This document shows positions 26,689 through 36,249 of a DNA stretch of 64,000 nt, in pieces. The DNA comes from an uncultured Gemmatimonadales bacterium (GTDB lineage Bacteria; Gemmatimonadota; Gemmatimonadetes; Gemmatimonadales; GWC2-71-9): positions 1,596,845 to 1,660,844 of the forward strand of contig CAVZZO010000001.1 in assembly GCA_963779755.1 (NCBI GenBank). The letters run 5' to 3'. The translations under genes were made by a program, and so were the position numbers. The stretch's first letter is position 1. Each line of letters opens with the position of its first letter. The notes under the pieces were generated by a model that ran no database searches, was not told the origin of the DNA, and saw only the letters and a program-made list of their open reading frames with translations.

Positions 26689-28236
26689 CTAGGTAGCCTG
26701 ACTCCGCAACTCCCGGTCCACCTCCTGACCCAGCCGCACCACGATGTGGGGCAGCGCGTCCACGTCTTCCTCCCGGGTGTTGAAGTTGACGATGCAGGCA
26801 CGGAGCAGATAGTGGCCGCGCACCACGGCGTTGGAAACGAAGGCTTCACCCGAATTCTGTATGCGCTCGAGCAGCGCTTCGTTGAGCGTGTTCAGGTAGG
26901 CCTGTCCCTCGGGGCTCCCCCGGCCCGCCCGGAGATCCGCCGGAATGAACCGGAAGGTGGTAATGCTGAGGGCCTGGGTCCAGGCTTCCAGCTCGGGCTG
27001 CTCGGACACCCGGGTAAACATCCGCTCACTCAGACGGATGTCGTCGCTGATCATCCGCGTATATCCGGCTCGTCCCGCCTGCCGCAGGCCCAGCCAGACC
27101 TTCAGGGCCCGGAATCCGCGGGAGTTCTGGGGGCCGAAATCCACGTAGTTCGTGGCTTCCATACCGAAGTGGTAGTAGGGCGGATGATACGAGAACGCCT
27201 GCCGCAGCCGCTCCGGGTCGCGCACCAGCACAAATCCCGCCTCTATCGGGGCGTAGAGCCACTTGTGGGGGTCCATCGCCACCGAGTCGGCCTGCCCCAG
27301 GGCCTGGAGGTCCGCCGGCGTACCAGGGACCGCGGCGGCCAGGGCGCCGTAGGCCCCGTCCACATGGAACCACGCTCCGGCCTGCCGGCAGATGGTCGCG
27401 ATCTCGGCCAGCGGATCGACCGCCCCGGTGCTAACCGAGCCGGCCGTTCCCACTACCATGAGCGGTCGAATGTCCGCCTCCCGGTCGCGTTGCAGCGCCT
27501 CTCGCAGGGCTGCGGGGTCCATCCGCAGGTCGTTATCGGTGGGAATCCAGCAGATGGCGTCCGTCCCCAGGCCGGCCAGATCGGTGCCCTTCTGCAGCCA
27601 GGTATGGGTCTCGACCGACGCATAGACCCGCAGGGGCCGGGCCGCAGGACTCGCCAGACCCTGCTTCCGGATGTCCCAGTCCGCGGCGGCGGCGCGGGCC
27701 GCAAGCAGCCCGACGAAATTGGCCATATTACCACCGCTCACGAAGAGGCCGCCGCACTCGCGGGGATAGCCGATCAGCTCGGCCACCCAGCGCACCGCCT
27801 GGGCTTCGATCTCGGTGGCCATCGGCGCCAGGCGCCAGGCGCCCACGTTGGCGTTCACGGCGGCGGCCAGCAGGTCGCCCAGCATCCCGATCGGCGTCGG
27901 CGACGAGGTGATATAGCCGAAAAAGCGAGGATGGCCGTTGAAGAGTGAGTGGTCGAACAAGAGCCGGGCAGTCGAGCCCAGGAGCTCGTCCGCTCCCATG
28001 CCGGATTCCGGCAGGGCGCGATCGCCATCGAGCAGGGCGCGAAGCGCCGCGGGCGACTCCCCGGTGGTCACAGGGCGGTCGGGAAGGGAGCCGAGGAATT
28101 CGGCCACGGCGTCCACCAGAGCGTTCCCCACCCGGCGGAATTCCTCCGGCGACAGGGAGAGCGGCGTCACACGCCGACGGGGCGGGGGCTCCGCCGGGGA
28201 GTCGCCGGTCTCCTTACCTTCCCACTTTCTGTTCAT
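26689..28236 (-). CDS. Group II PLP-dependent (aromatic-L-amino-acid/tyrosine-type) decarboxylase
   Basis: DSVAMDPHKWLYAP (PLP lysine motif). Length about 515 aa. Start at MNRKWEG. Confidence 0.85.
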   Translation of the reverse strand: MNRKWEGKETGDSPAEPPPRRRVTPLSLSPEEFRRVGNALVDAVAEFLGSLPDRPVTTGESPAALRALLDGDRALPESGMGADELLGSTARLLFDHSLFNGHPRFFGYITSSPTPIGMLGDLLAAAVNANVGAWRLAPMATEIEAQAVRWVAELIGYPRECGGLFVSGGNMANFVGLLAARAAAADWDIRKQGLASPAARPLRVYASVETHTWLQKGTDLAGLGTDAICWIPTDNDLRMDPAALREALQRDREADIRPLMVVGTAGSVSTGAVDPLAEIATICRQAGAWFHVDGAYGALAAAVPGTPADLQALGQADSVAMDPHKWLYAPIEAGFVLVRDPERLRQAFSYHPPYYHFGMEATNYVDFGPQNSRGFRALKVWLGLRQAGRAGYTRMISDDIRLSERMFTRVSEQPELEAWTQALSITTFRFIPADLRAGRGSPEGQAYLNTLNEALLERIQNSGEAFVSNAVVRGHYLLRACIVNFNTREEDVDALPHIVVRLGQEVDRELRSQAT

Positions 28237-28289
28237 TGTCGGCCTCACTGGCTCTGATGCTGGCTGGATGGTTCCGGTGCCGGGAAACA

Positions 28290-28323
28290 CTACAGCCTCA
28301 CGGTGGAAGCCGTGAGGCTGTAG
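28290..28323 (-). terminator. Perfect 14-bp hairpin CTACAGCCTCACGG-tggaag-CCGTGAGGCTGTAG after lipoprotein paralog A
   Basis: Read directly from the sequence. Homologous to the hairpin at 29528-29556. Confidence 0.6.
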
Positions 28324-28380
28324 CCCGCATCCTAATCAGGCCCCGATCCACCGCGGTAGTGGACCGGAGAATTGGCTAAC

Positions 28381-29205
28381 TCAGTCGGAGCAGTGCCCGG
28401 GACCGGTCAGGCCGTTGTTGTAGCTGTCCAGCAGGCCAGCCATCGCGATCAGCTGATCGCGAGTGAGGCTGGAGCTGCCGGGATCGGTGAAGTAAGCATC
28501 CGCATCGGACAGCGCCTGCTGCACGTTGGCCGGTGCTGAGGCGCCGCTCGCTACGTTCAGCGTCGCCGCGATGAACTGGTAGCCCAGGATGTAGTAGGCG
28601 TTTCCGTGCGCGGGAGTATTCAGGACTCCAAGCCAGGTCTGGCCGCTGGTATAGAAGGTGGCCGACGGCGAGTAGGGAGAAGGCCAGACACTGGTGTGGT
28701 TCTTCCAGTAGCCCTGGGTCAGGGTGCAACCGTTGGACGGCGGAGTCACCGGGTCGTTGTAATAGTCGAGCAGCAGGCCGACATCGCCGCTGTACCTGCC
28801 GCTGAACGTCGGCGTGCCAGTGATGTCGGAGCCCACGACTGGCGTGCCACTCGGGACCGAGTTGGTTGTCGGGGTGATGTGATTCAGTACGTAGGACGGA
28901 TCGGAAAGCTCGGTGACCGTGATGTTGTGAATCCCCGGAACACCGTTGTTCGCCCCGAGCACCGCGCACTCGCCGTCGGCGAGGCTGATGCTCTGGGTGG
29001 CGCCGCCGTCGATGGTGTACTCGAAGTTCGCCGCAGTGCCGTGCTTGCACAGCTCGGCCTCGGCCAGTTCCACGACGTCGTTCGCGCTGAACTGCGGCTT
29101 GGCGCTAGACGCGGTCGAGCTCTGGGTCGGCTCGCTGCAGCCGACGACAATGCTCGCGGCGAGCGCCACAAGGGCGGGTGCCACGAAGTGCCTGATCTGG
29201 GACAT
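28381..29205 (-). CDS. Secreted Cys-containing lipoprotein, paralog A (CTLTQGYWKNH motif)
   Basis: ATG at 29205 is preceded by GGAGG. Lipobox VVGC. About 70% identical by eye to paralog B. Confidence 0.8.
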   Translation of the reverse strand: MSQIRHFVAPALVALAASIVVGCSEPTQSSTASSAKPQFSANDVVELAEAELCKHGTAANFEYTIDGGATQSISLADGECAVLGANNGVPGIHNITVTELSDPSYVLNHITPTTNSVPSGTPVVGSDITGTPTFSGRYSGDVGLLLDYYNDPVTPPSNGCTLTQGYWKNHTSVWPSPYSPSATFYTSGQTWLGVLNTPAHGNAYYILGYQFIAATLNVASGASAPANVQQALSDADAYFTDPGSSSLTRDQLIAMAGLLDSYNNGLTGPGHCSD

Positions 29206-29527
29206 GGGGATGATTCCTCCGAGTGTGAGACCTGACTGACATGCAGCGGGGCCACCGGATGCCGACAACGTACTCCCGGGGAGCGATGCTGCCATGAAAC
29301 TGCTGTGAAAAATCCTGCACGTTTGGATCGGGAGAGCAACGGCCCGTTCCGGCCACCGGTGAAACACCCGCTAGAAACAGGCTAGCTAACTTCTGGTCAG
29401 GTCCAACCGGTCAACATACTTTAGGACAACAGCTTACGAGTTTCTTGACAGTTTGTTTGCCCGCCCCGGTGTAGCAAGGGAACAGCAGCTTACGAGGGGT
29501 CTACCCGACAGGGAGCCGGAAACGAGG

Positions 29528-29556
29528 CAGCCCCACGGACGTAAGCCGTGGGGCTG
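29528..29556 (-). terminator. Perfect 11-bp hairpin CAGCCCCACGG-acgtaag-CCGTGGGGCTG after lipoprotein paralog B
   Basis: Read directly from the sequence. Confidence 0.6.
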
Positions 29557-29607
29557 GCGCTGACCGCATCTCCATCCCGGCCGGCGGTACGGCCGGAGCT
29601 CCGGTGA

Positions 29608-30420
29608 TTATACGGTGCAGTGCGACACTCCGCCCAGCCCTTTGTTGTAGTTGTCCAGGAGCGCGGCCAGGTTGGTCAGGTCGGTCTTGGTCAGGCTGGA
29701 GGCGCCGGGATTGGTGAAATAGCCGGCGGCGTCGTTCAGCGCCTGCTGCACGGCGGGGGGCACGGTCGCCCCGCTCGCCTTGTTCAGCGTGGCCGCAATG
29801 AACTGATAGGCCAGGATGTAGTAGGCATTGCCGTTGGCCGGCGTGTTCAGCACCTGGAGCCAGGTCCGGCCGCTGGTATAGAAGGGTGACGACGGCGAGT
29901 ACGGCGCGGGCCAGTCACTGATGTGGTTCTTCCAGTACCCCTGGGTCAGGGTGCAGCCGGTAACCGGATCGTTGTAATAGTCGAACAGGAGGCCCAGATC
30001 GCCGTTGTATATCCCGCTGGCTGTGGCCGTGCCGGTGATATCGGCCCCGACCACGGGCGTACCGTTCGGCACCGAGTTGGTCGTCGGGGTAATGTGGTTC
30101 AGCATGTAGGAGGGGTCGGACAGCTCCGTGACGGTGATACTATGACTTCCCGGCACGCCGTTGTTGGCGCCGAGCACGGCGCACTGGCCATCGGCGAGGC
30201 TGATGTTCTGGGTGGTGCCGCCGTCGATGGTGTACTCGAAATTCGCTGCGGTGCCGTGCTTGCACAGCTCAGCCTCGCCGATTTCGACGATGTTGTTGGC
30301 TGCGAAGCGAGGTCCACCGGTGGGCGCGGTCGCGTTCTGGGGAGACTCACCGCAAGCCACTACGATACCGGCCGCGAGCGCCACCAGAGCGGATGTTACA
30401 AAGCGCTTGGTCTGGGACAT
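29608..30420 (-). CDS. Secreted Cys-containing lipoprotein, paralog B
   Basis: ATG at 30420 is preceded by GGAGGA. Lipobox VVAC. Same motif set as paralog A. Confidence 0.8.
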   Translation of the reverse strand: MSQTKRFVTSALVALAAGIVVACGESPQNATAPTGGPRFAANNIVEIGEAELCKHGTAANFEYTIDGGTTQNISLADGQCAVLGANNGVPGSHSITVTELSDPSYMLNHITPTTNSVPNGTPVVGADITGTATASGIYNGDLGLLFDYYNDPVTGCTLTQGYWKNHISDWPAPYSPSSPFYTSGRTWLQVLNTPANGNAYYILAYQFIAATLNKASGATVPPAVQQALNDAAGYFTNPGASSLTKTDLTNLAALLDNYNKGLGGVSHCTV

Positions 30421-30818
30421 AACGGGTCCTCCAGGGGGTGAGGTTGACGCGCCTGCAAGGGTTGCCAGAAGCCGGCAACGTAGGCCTCGAGGGATATCGC
30501 TGCCGTGAAACTGACGTGAAGATTGTTGCACTCGAAAGCCCAACAGATCGCAGGCCCTTCCCATCTCAATGCGCGGATGCCCGAGGACTGCCCAGCGTGA
30601 TCCAGATCGGGTTCGATTCGCCCTAACTGCCAGAAACGAGCTAGTTTATGGTTGGTCTGTTACAATACGTAAAGAGCTCTGATGCAATGATTTGCACTTT
30701 CCTGGCAGGGATCAGGCCGTTCAGGTGTTGCATGGATGTAGCACCTGGTCGAGGGATTTTTCCGACACGAGTCCGTTCGTGACCAGATCTTGGCCCGACC
30801 AGCCAGTTGAGGCCGGGC

Positions 30819-30845
30819 CGTCACAAGAGTCCCGGATCCCCCGTC
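30819..30845 (+). promoter_or_regulatory. Candidate ECF41-type promoter cGTCACA-N16-CGTC upstream of the sigma gene
   Basis: GTCACA ends at 30825. Exactly 16 nt follow, then CGTC at 30842-30845, 31 nt before ATG 30876. Matches my recollection of the ECF41 motif TGTCACA-N16-CGTC. Confidence 0.5.
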
Positions 30846-30875
30846 TATCATGCCAGAGAGACGAGGAGGAGCCGT

Positions 30876-31769
30876 ATGGACCGTTCTGGCGAATCAAAGC
30901 TGAGCCTGTTTGAGCGCCATGGCCCGCGCCTTTTCGGGATCGCCTACCGGATGCTGGGCGTCGTAGCCGATGCCGAGGAGGTGGTCCAGGAGGCCTATCT
31001 GCGCTGGCACGAGGCCGATTTCGCCGCGGTGCGAAATCCCGAGGCCTGGCTGGTATCGGTAACCACCCGGCTGGCCATTGACCGGTTTCGGAAGGCGTCA
31101 ACGGAGCGGATTCACTATACCGGCATGTGGTTGCCGGAACCGGTGGCGACGGAGCCCGGTGCCGCCACCGACCGGAAGGCCGAAATGGCCTCCGATCTCT
31201 CGATGGCCTTTCTCGTTCTGCTGGAGAAGCTGGGGCCGGAAGAGCGCGCCGCCTTCCTCCTGCGCGAGGTCTTCGATGCCGGCTACCCCGAGATCGCCCG
31301 CGTGCTGGGGAAGTCCCAGGCCGCCTGCCGCCAGCTGGTGCACCGGGCGCGGGTTCGGGTCCGGGGCGACCGCGTCCGGCAGGTCGTCCCGGCCGAAACG
31401 AAGGAGCGGCTGCTGGAACGGTTCCTTGCCGCTCTCGCGGCCGACGATCAGGAGGCGCTCCTCTCCCTGGTTGCGGAGGATGCTACCTGGACCTCGGATG
31501 GCGGTGGGAAGGTCCCCGCTACCCGCCGGGTGATATTCGGTGCCGGCCGGATCGTCCGGCTGCTGCTGGGCCTGGAGCGGAAGGGCCGGGGACTGGTGCG
31601 TCACACGGTGGCCTGGATCAACGGGGAACCGGCCCTCCGCACCTACGCCGGGAACCGGTTGCTCTTCACCACCGCCGTCGAGTCGGACGGGCAGCGGCTG
31701 TTGGCATTCTACCGGGTGCTCAATCCCGACAAGCTGCACCACGCCGAGACCTCACGGAGGATAGGCTGA
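30876..31769 (+). CDS. ECF sigma factor with fused C-terminal SnoaL-like extension (ECF41/SigJ-type)
   Basis: Sigma-70 regions 2 and 4 (VQEAYLRWHEA, PEIARVLGKSQAACRQLVHRAR) plus about 100 extra C-terminal residues. No adjacent anti-sigma gene. Confidence 0.85.
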   Translation: MDRSGESKLSLFERHGPRLFGIAYRMLGVVADAEEVVQEAYLRWHEADFAAVRNPEAWLVSVTTRLAIDRFRKASTERIHYTGMWLPEPVATEPGAATDRKAEMASDLSMAFLVLLEKLGPEERAAFLLREVFDAGYPEIARVLGKSQAACRQLVHRARVRVRGDRVRQVVPAETKERLLERFLAALAADDQEALLSLVAEDATWTSDGGGKVPATRRVIFGAGRIVRLLLGLERKGRGLVRHTVAWINGEPALRTYAGNRLLFTTAVESDGQRLLAFYRVLNPDKLHHAETSRRIG

Positions 31770-31771
31770 CC

Positions 31772-32158
31772 ATGCGATTCGCCCGATGGGTCTTCCTGCT
31801 GGCCGGGATCTACGGCATCATCACCCTCCTCCCGATGTACTTCCTGGAAGGTGCGATCATCCGGATGACGGGTTCACTGGATCATCCCGAGTACTTCTAC
31901 GGGTTTGTGGGGCTCGCCCTGGTCTGGCAGCTGCTCTTCCTCCTCATCTCGCGCGATCCCGCCCGCTGGCGGCCGCTGATGCCGGTGGCCGTGCTGGAGA
32001 AGCTGAGCTTCGGGGTGCCGGTGCTCGTGCTCACCGTCCAGGGGCGGGTGCCGGGTTCGGTGACCGGATTCGGAGTGATCGATCTGGTCTGGGGCGCGCT
32101 GTTCCTTCTTGCGCTGCCGGCAACCAGGCCAGCGGGCGTATCCTCGCAGCCGGCCTGA
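31772..32158 (+). CDS. Small 4-TM membrane protein
   Basis: ATG lies 3 nt after the sigma stop. 128 aa and hydrophobic. Confidence 0.6.
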   Translation: MRFARWVFLLAGIYGIITLLPMYFLEGAIIRMTGSLDHPEYFYGFVGLALVWQLLFLLISRDPARWRPLMPVAVLEKLSFGVPVLVLTVQGRVPGSVTGFGVIDLVWGALFLLALPATRPAGVSSQPA

Positions 32159-32166
32159 TCGGGGCA

Positions 32167-32193
32167 GGTCACGGACCGGGCCCCCGCGCCGTC
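32167..32193 (+). promoter_or_regulatory. Second candidate ECF41-type promoter GGTCACG-N16-CGTC upstream of the epimerase gene
   Basis: Same 16-nt spacing as the first candidate. CGTC at 32190-32193, 32 nt before GTG 32225. Confidence 0.45.
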
Positions 32194-32224
32194 TGCCTGC
32201 TGGACAGACCACGGGAGGATACCT

Positions 32225-33151
32225 GTGCGGATTTTGCTGACCGGTGCGACCGGTGTAGTGGGCATCCGGGCCATCCCGCTGCTGGTGAGCGGCGGGCACG
32301 AAGTAAGCGCGGTGGGGCGCTCGCCGGCATCGCGGGAGCGCCTGCACGCCCTGGGAGCGCGGGCCATCGCCCTCGATCTCTTCGATCCCGGTGCGGTGGC
32401 GAAAGCGGTCGCGGGTCACGAGGTCGTCATTAATCTGGCAACGCACATTCCGGCGTCCCTGGGGCGGATGGTGCTGCCCTGGGGATGGCGCGAAAACGAC
32501 CGCCTCCGGCGAACGGCGAGCGCCGTGCTGGCCCGGGCCGCGCGAGAGTCGGGCGCGGTGCGGTTCATCCAGGAGTCGTTTGCCCCGATCTATGAGGCCG
32601 GCGGCGATGCCTGGATCGACGAGCAGTGGCCTGCCCGCCCCACCCGGTATAACCGCACGGTGCTGGATGCGGAACGGTCCGCCGCCCGGTTCACGGATCA
32701 GGGCGGCCAGGGAATCGTCCTGCGCTTTGCGTGCCTCTATGGCCCCGATGATTTCGCCCGGACATTCATCGCCACGGTGCGGAAGGGATGGTCGCCCCTC
32801 CCGGGCCGCCCCGACGCATTCATCTCGTCCATCGCCCAGGCGGATGCCGCAGGCGCGGTGGTCGCCGCCCTGGCCCTTCCACCGGGCATCTACAACGTGG
32901 CCGACGACCAGCCGCTCACCCGGCGCGACCATGTGGCCGCCCTGGCCGGCGCGCTCGGCGCACCCATGCCCCGGTTTGCTCCAGCCTGGACAGCCCGGCT
33001 CCTGGGATCGGTGGGCGACGTGATGTCCCGCTCGCAACGGATATCGAACCGGAAGCTGCGCGCCGCCGGCTGGAGGCCGCGGTATCCCAGTGCCCGGGAA
33101 GGCTGGCCCGCGGTGGTGGGGGAGTTGGCACGGACTGAGCTTGAGGCCTGA
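32225..33151 (+). CDS. NAD-dependent epimerase/dehydratase-family protein
   Basis: GTG start. RILLTGATGVVG Rossmann motif. Confidence 0.8.
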   Translation: MRILLTGATGVVGIRAIPLLVSGGHEVSAVGRSPASRERLHALGARAIALDLFDPGAVAKAVAGHEVVINLATHIPASLGRMVLPWGWRENDRLRRTASAVLARAARESGAVRFIQESFAPIYEAGGDAWIDEQWPARPTRYNRTVLDAERSAARFTDQGGQGIVLRFACLYGPDDFARTFIATVRKGWSPLPGRPDAFISSIAQADAAGAVVAALALPPGIYNVADDQPLTRRDHVAALAGALGAPMPRFAPAWTARLLGSVGDVMSRSQRISNRKLRAAGWRPRYPSAREGWPAVVGELARTELEA

Positions 33152-33176
33152 GGACTAACGGCCCGGGAGTGCGGCC

Positions 33177-33773
33177 TCATTCCTCATGCCTCACCCCTTC
33201 CATCCCTTCAATCGCGATAATCGGCACCATGACCAGCGCCGCCACCGGGTCGGCCCACCACCAGCCCAGGAGTCCGTTCAGCGCGACGCCCGCCAGTGCG
33301 ATCGCCGAGAGATAGGCGCAGATCGAAGTCTGCCTGGCCTCCTGGCGCAGAGCCCCGCTGGCCAGCGCCTGGGCCACCCGCCGCTTGGCGCGCGCCAGCA
33401 CCGGCATGACGATGACGGAGAGGACCAGGACGAGAATGCCCAGCGGGCTGCGCTCCGGGCGCTCGTGGCGGAGCAAGGTGCCGCCGCTCTCCCAGAGGAT
33501 CCACCCCGCCAGCGCCAGAAAGCTGACGCCGGTGATGCGATGGGCGATGCGTTCCACCCGCTCGCGACGCTCCGGGTCCAGATCGGCCCTGAGCCGCCAC
33601 TGTGCCGCTCCACTGGCCGTTACCTCGATCACGCTGTCCAGCCCGAAGCTCAGTAGCGCCACGCTGCCCGCCAGCCAGCCCAGCACGATGGAGGCCGCTG
33701 CTTCCACCACGTTGTAGCCGATCGTGAGCCAGTTGAGTACCAGCCCGCGCCGGACCAGCCGGGGACGGTCCAT
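33177..33773 (-). CDS. Cation-efflux (CDF-like) transmembrane-domain protein
   Basis: 198 aa with 5-6 TM helices. Contains SFGLDSVIE, typical of CDF TM2. No cytoplasmic C-terminal domain. Confidence 0.6.
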   Translation of the reverse strand: MDRPRLVRRGLVLNWLTIGYNVVEAAASIVLGWLAGSVALLSFGLDSVIEVTASGAAQWRLRADLDPERRERVERIAHRITGVSFLALAGWILWESGGTLLRHERPERSPLGILVLVLSVIVMPVLARAKRRVAQALASGALRQEARQTSICAYLSAIALAGVALNGLLGWWWADPVAALVMVPIIAIEGMEGVRHEE

Positions 33774-33780
33774 GTGCCGG

Positions 33781-34383
33781 CTACTTCCGGGCGCTTGCCA
33801 TCTCTTCTTCCACGATCCGCGTGCCCAGAACCGCGAGGAACTGCCCGATCCAGGCCGGATGCGCCGGCCAGGCGGGTGCCGTGACCAGGTTCCCGTCGGT
33901 CACCGCTTCGTGGATCTTGATGTCGGCATATTCCGCACCGGCGAGCCGCACCTCGGGAGCGACGGCAGGGTAGCAGGACACCCTGCGGCCCTGGATGACG
34001 CCGGCGGCGCTCAGGATCTGGGCGCCGTGGCAGATGGCGGCCACCGGCTTGCCTTCCTGGAAGAAATGCCGGACAATCTTGAGGACCCGCTCATCCAGGC
34101 GCAGATACTCCGGTGCCCGGCCGCCCGCGATGGCGAGCGCGTCGTACTCTTCGGCCTTGACCTCGTTGAAGCTGGCATTCAGGGCAAAGTCGTGGCCCCG
34201 CTTCTCGGAGTAGGTCTGGTCACCCTCGAAATCGTGAATCGCGGTGCGGCACTTTTCGCCGGCACCCTTCCCGGGACAGACCGCGTGCACCGTGTGGCCG
34301 ACGGCCTGCAGGGCCTGGAAGGGAACCATGACTTCATAATCCTCGGCATAATCGCCGACCAGGAAGAGAATCTTTTTTGACAT
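33781..34383 (-). CDS. DJ-1/PfpI-family protein
   Basis: Start at [12 protein letters not shown]. Nucleophile elbow AAICHG. Confidence 0.85.
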   Translation of the reverse strand: MSKKILFLVGDYAEDYEVMVPFQALQAVGHTVHAVCPGKGAGEKCRTAIHDFEGDQTYSEKRGHDFALNASFNEVKAEEYDALAIAGGRAPEYLRLDERVLKIVRHFFQEGKPVAAICHGAQILSAAGVIQGRRVSCYPAVAPEVRLAGAEYADIKIHEAVTDGNLVTAPAWPAHPAWIGQFLAVLGTRIVEEEMASARK

Positions 34384-34452
34384 GAGAGCCTCCGCTCGGG
34401 AGAACAGGCAAAGAGGGAAACGGGAAAGGGCCGGGCTCGGATTGTAAACGCT

Positions 34453-35094
34453 TTGCCGCCCACCGGCATCCCACGCGCTGAACCGACCGGGGGCCACCCG
34501 GGAGCCAACCTATTGCCTGAGCCGCCCAGTCTCGACGATGCCCTGGCTGCGCGCGCCCGCGAGGGCGACCGGGCCGCGCTGGAAGCGCTGGCGGCCCGCT
34601 GCCGGCCGCTGGTGTACCGCTGGGCCCTGGTGCGCTCGGGCGACCGGGACGAGGCGGAGGACGTGGCGCAGACCGTCTTGCTCCGGTTGGTCGCGCGTCT
34701 CGGCGGCTTTCGCGGCGAAGCCCGGTTCACCACCTGGCTCTATCAGGTGACCCGGAGCGTGGTGGCGGAATTCGCCCGGCGTCAGAGCCGCCGGCGCCGG
34801 CTGGCCGAAGCGCAGGCGCGGGAACAGGAACCCGGCGCGTCGCCGCTCGAACACAACGCGCTGGATAGCGGCGCCCTGGCCCGGCTGGTGCGCGCCGAGT
34901 TCGACCGGCTGCCGCCGCGGCAGCGTGAGGTGCTCGATCTGGTGGACCTGCAGGGGCACTCGGCGGCCGAAGCGTCCCGGATGCTGGGCATCGAGCCGGC
35001 CACCGCCCGGGTGCATCTGCTCCGCGCCCGGCGCGCCGTCCGGGCGGCGGTGCTCGCCACGCAACCGGCCCTGGTGGAGGATCGCGGCGCATGA
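34453..35094 (+). CDS. ECF sigma factor (sigma-70 family)
   Basis: Contains [22 protein letters not shown] and [18 protein letters not shown]. Start uncertain (TTG 34453 or TTG 34513). Confidence 0.8.
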   Translation: MPPTGIPRAEPTGGHPGANLLPEPPSLDDALAARAREGDRAALEALAARCRPLVYRWALVRSGDRDEAEDVAQTVLLRLVARLGGFRGEARFTTWLYQVTRSVVAEFARRQSRRRRLAEAQAREQEPGASPLEHNALDSGALARLVRAEFDRLPPRQREVLDLVDLQGHSAAEASRMLGIEPATARVHLLRARRAVRAAVLATQPALVEDRGA

Positions 35095-35513
35095 ACTGTC
35101 AGCCCTGGTTGGACCAGATGCTCGAGGCCGAGCCGGAGGAGCTCCGGGGCAGGGGAGAGTCTCCGCTGGCCGGACACATCCGGAGCTGCGAGGCGTGCCG
35201 AACCCGGGCGGCCCTGCTGGTCCGTTCGGCGGAGCTGCTGGACCGGAGCCTCGCCGCCGAGGCCGCTTCGCCGCCATTGCCACGGCGAAGCCGACTCCAT
35301 CACTACGGGGCGATCCGGGTCGTCCTCCCGCTGGCGGCGGCGGCCGTGCTGGCGCTCGTCTTCTTCGCCCCCGACCGGCGGCGGATGCCGATCCCCGCCG
35401 CTTCGGTGGCCGAGGCGCCTCCGGCGGTCCCCAGCGTTACCCCGCCGCCGGGGCACAGCGCGGCGGTCATGCAGACCGGCAACCCCGACATCGTCATCGT
35501 GTGGCTCTACTGA
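35091..35513 (+). CDS. Putative anti-sigma factor (zf-HC2-like, single TM)
   Basis: ATGA overlap with the sigma gene. HIRSCEACR motif. TM segment VVLPLAAAAVLALVFF. Confidence 0.65.
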   Translation: MNCQPWLDQMLEAEPEELRGRGESPLAGHIRSCEACRTRAALLVRSAELLDRSLAAEAASPPLPRRSRLHHYGAIRVVLPLAAAAVLALVFFAPDRRRMPIPAASVAEAPPAVPSVTPPPGHSAAVMQTGNPDIVIVWLY

Positions 35514-35527
35514 GCCGGGAGACCATC

Positions 35528-36217
35528 ATGCGACGCTTCGTACTCGCGATCCTGACCTGCCTCGCCGCCGCCACCTCGGCCTGTTCCCGGCACCCCTCGC
35601 TGGAGACCCGGACGTTCGCCCTGCATTACATCACCTGGGGCAAGGCGCAGGATCTGATCAAGCCCTACGTCTATGAGGACCGACCCGGCGCCGCTGGCGC
35701 CTTGAGCGGTACGGATGGCGCCATCACCGTGCGGGAAACGAAGGACAACCTCGACAAGATTGCCCGGGTGCTGCAGGAGTACGATCATTCCGCGCCCAAT
35801 GTGCGCCTGCATTTCCAGGTGATCCTTGCGGACGGCGCGGCCCCGATGGATTCCAGCATAGCGCCGGTGGTGAGCCAGCTCAGGAACTTGTTCCGGTTTG
35901 ACGGATACCGGCTGGTGACCGAGGCCCAGGCAACCGGAACAGAGAACAGCCACATCTCCCAGCTGCTGGATGGCGGCAAGGCGCTGGGACCGATGTTACT
36001 CCTGGAAGTGCGAATCCTGAGCGTCCGCGGGGCGGCGGATAGTGGAGTGGCAGATTTGTCGGTGGCGCTCAAGAACGCGAGCGGTCTCAACATGGGAGAA
36101 CTGCAAACCCAGATCGGGGCTCGTATGGGGCAGACCGTCGTGCTGGGGAGCACTCAGTTCTACGGGCACCCTGGCACGGTGATCCTGACCGTCAGGCCGG
36201 AACTGGTGCAGGACTGA
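35528..36217 (+). CDS. Lipoprotein with secretin-N/NolW-like domain
   Basis: Lipobox TSAC. ITVRETKDNLDKIARVLQEYD resembles secretin N-domain repeats. Confidence 0.55.
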   Translation: MRRFVLAILTCLAAATSACSRHPSLETRTFALHYITWGKAQDLIKPYVYEDRPGAAGALSGTDGAITVRETKDNLDKIARVLQEYDHSAPNVRLHFQVILADGAAPMDSSIAPVVSQLRNLFRFDGYRLVTEAQATGTENSHISQLLDGGKALGPMLLLEVRILSVRGAADSGVADLSVALKNASGLNMGELQTQIGARMGQTVVLGSTQFYGHPGTVILTVRPELVQD

Positions 36218-36249
36218 GAGAAAAGAACCTTTCTGTCAATCCTCAGTCC
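36211..36249. terminator. Hairpin GGACTGAG...CTCAGTCC between convergent genes
   Basis: Perfect 8-bp outer stem with an inner AGAAA/TTTCT pairing. Overlaps both stop codons. Confidence 0.5.
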
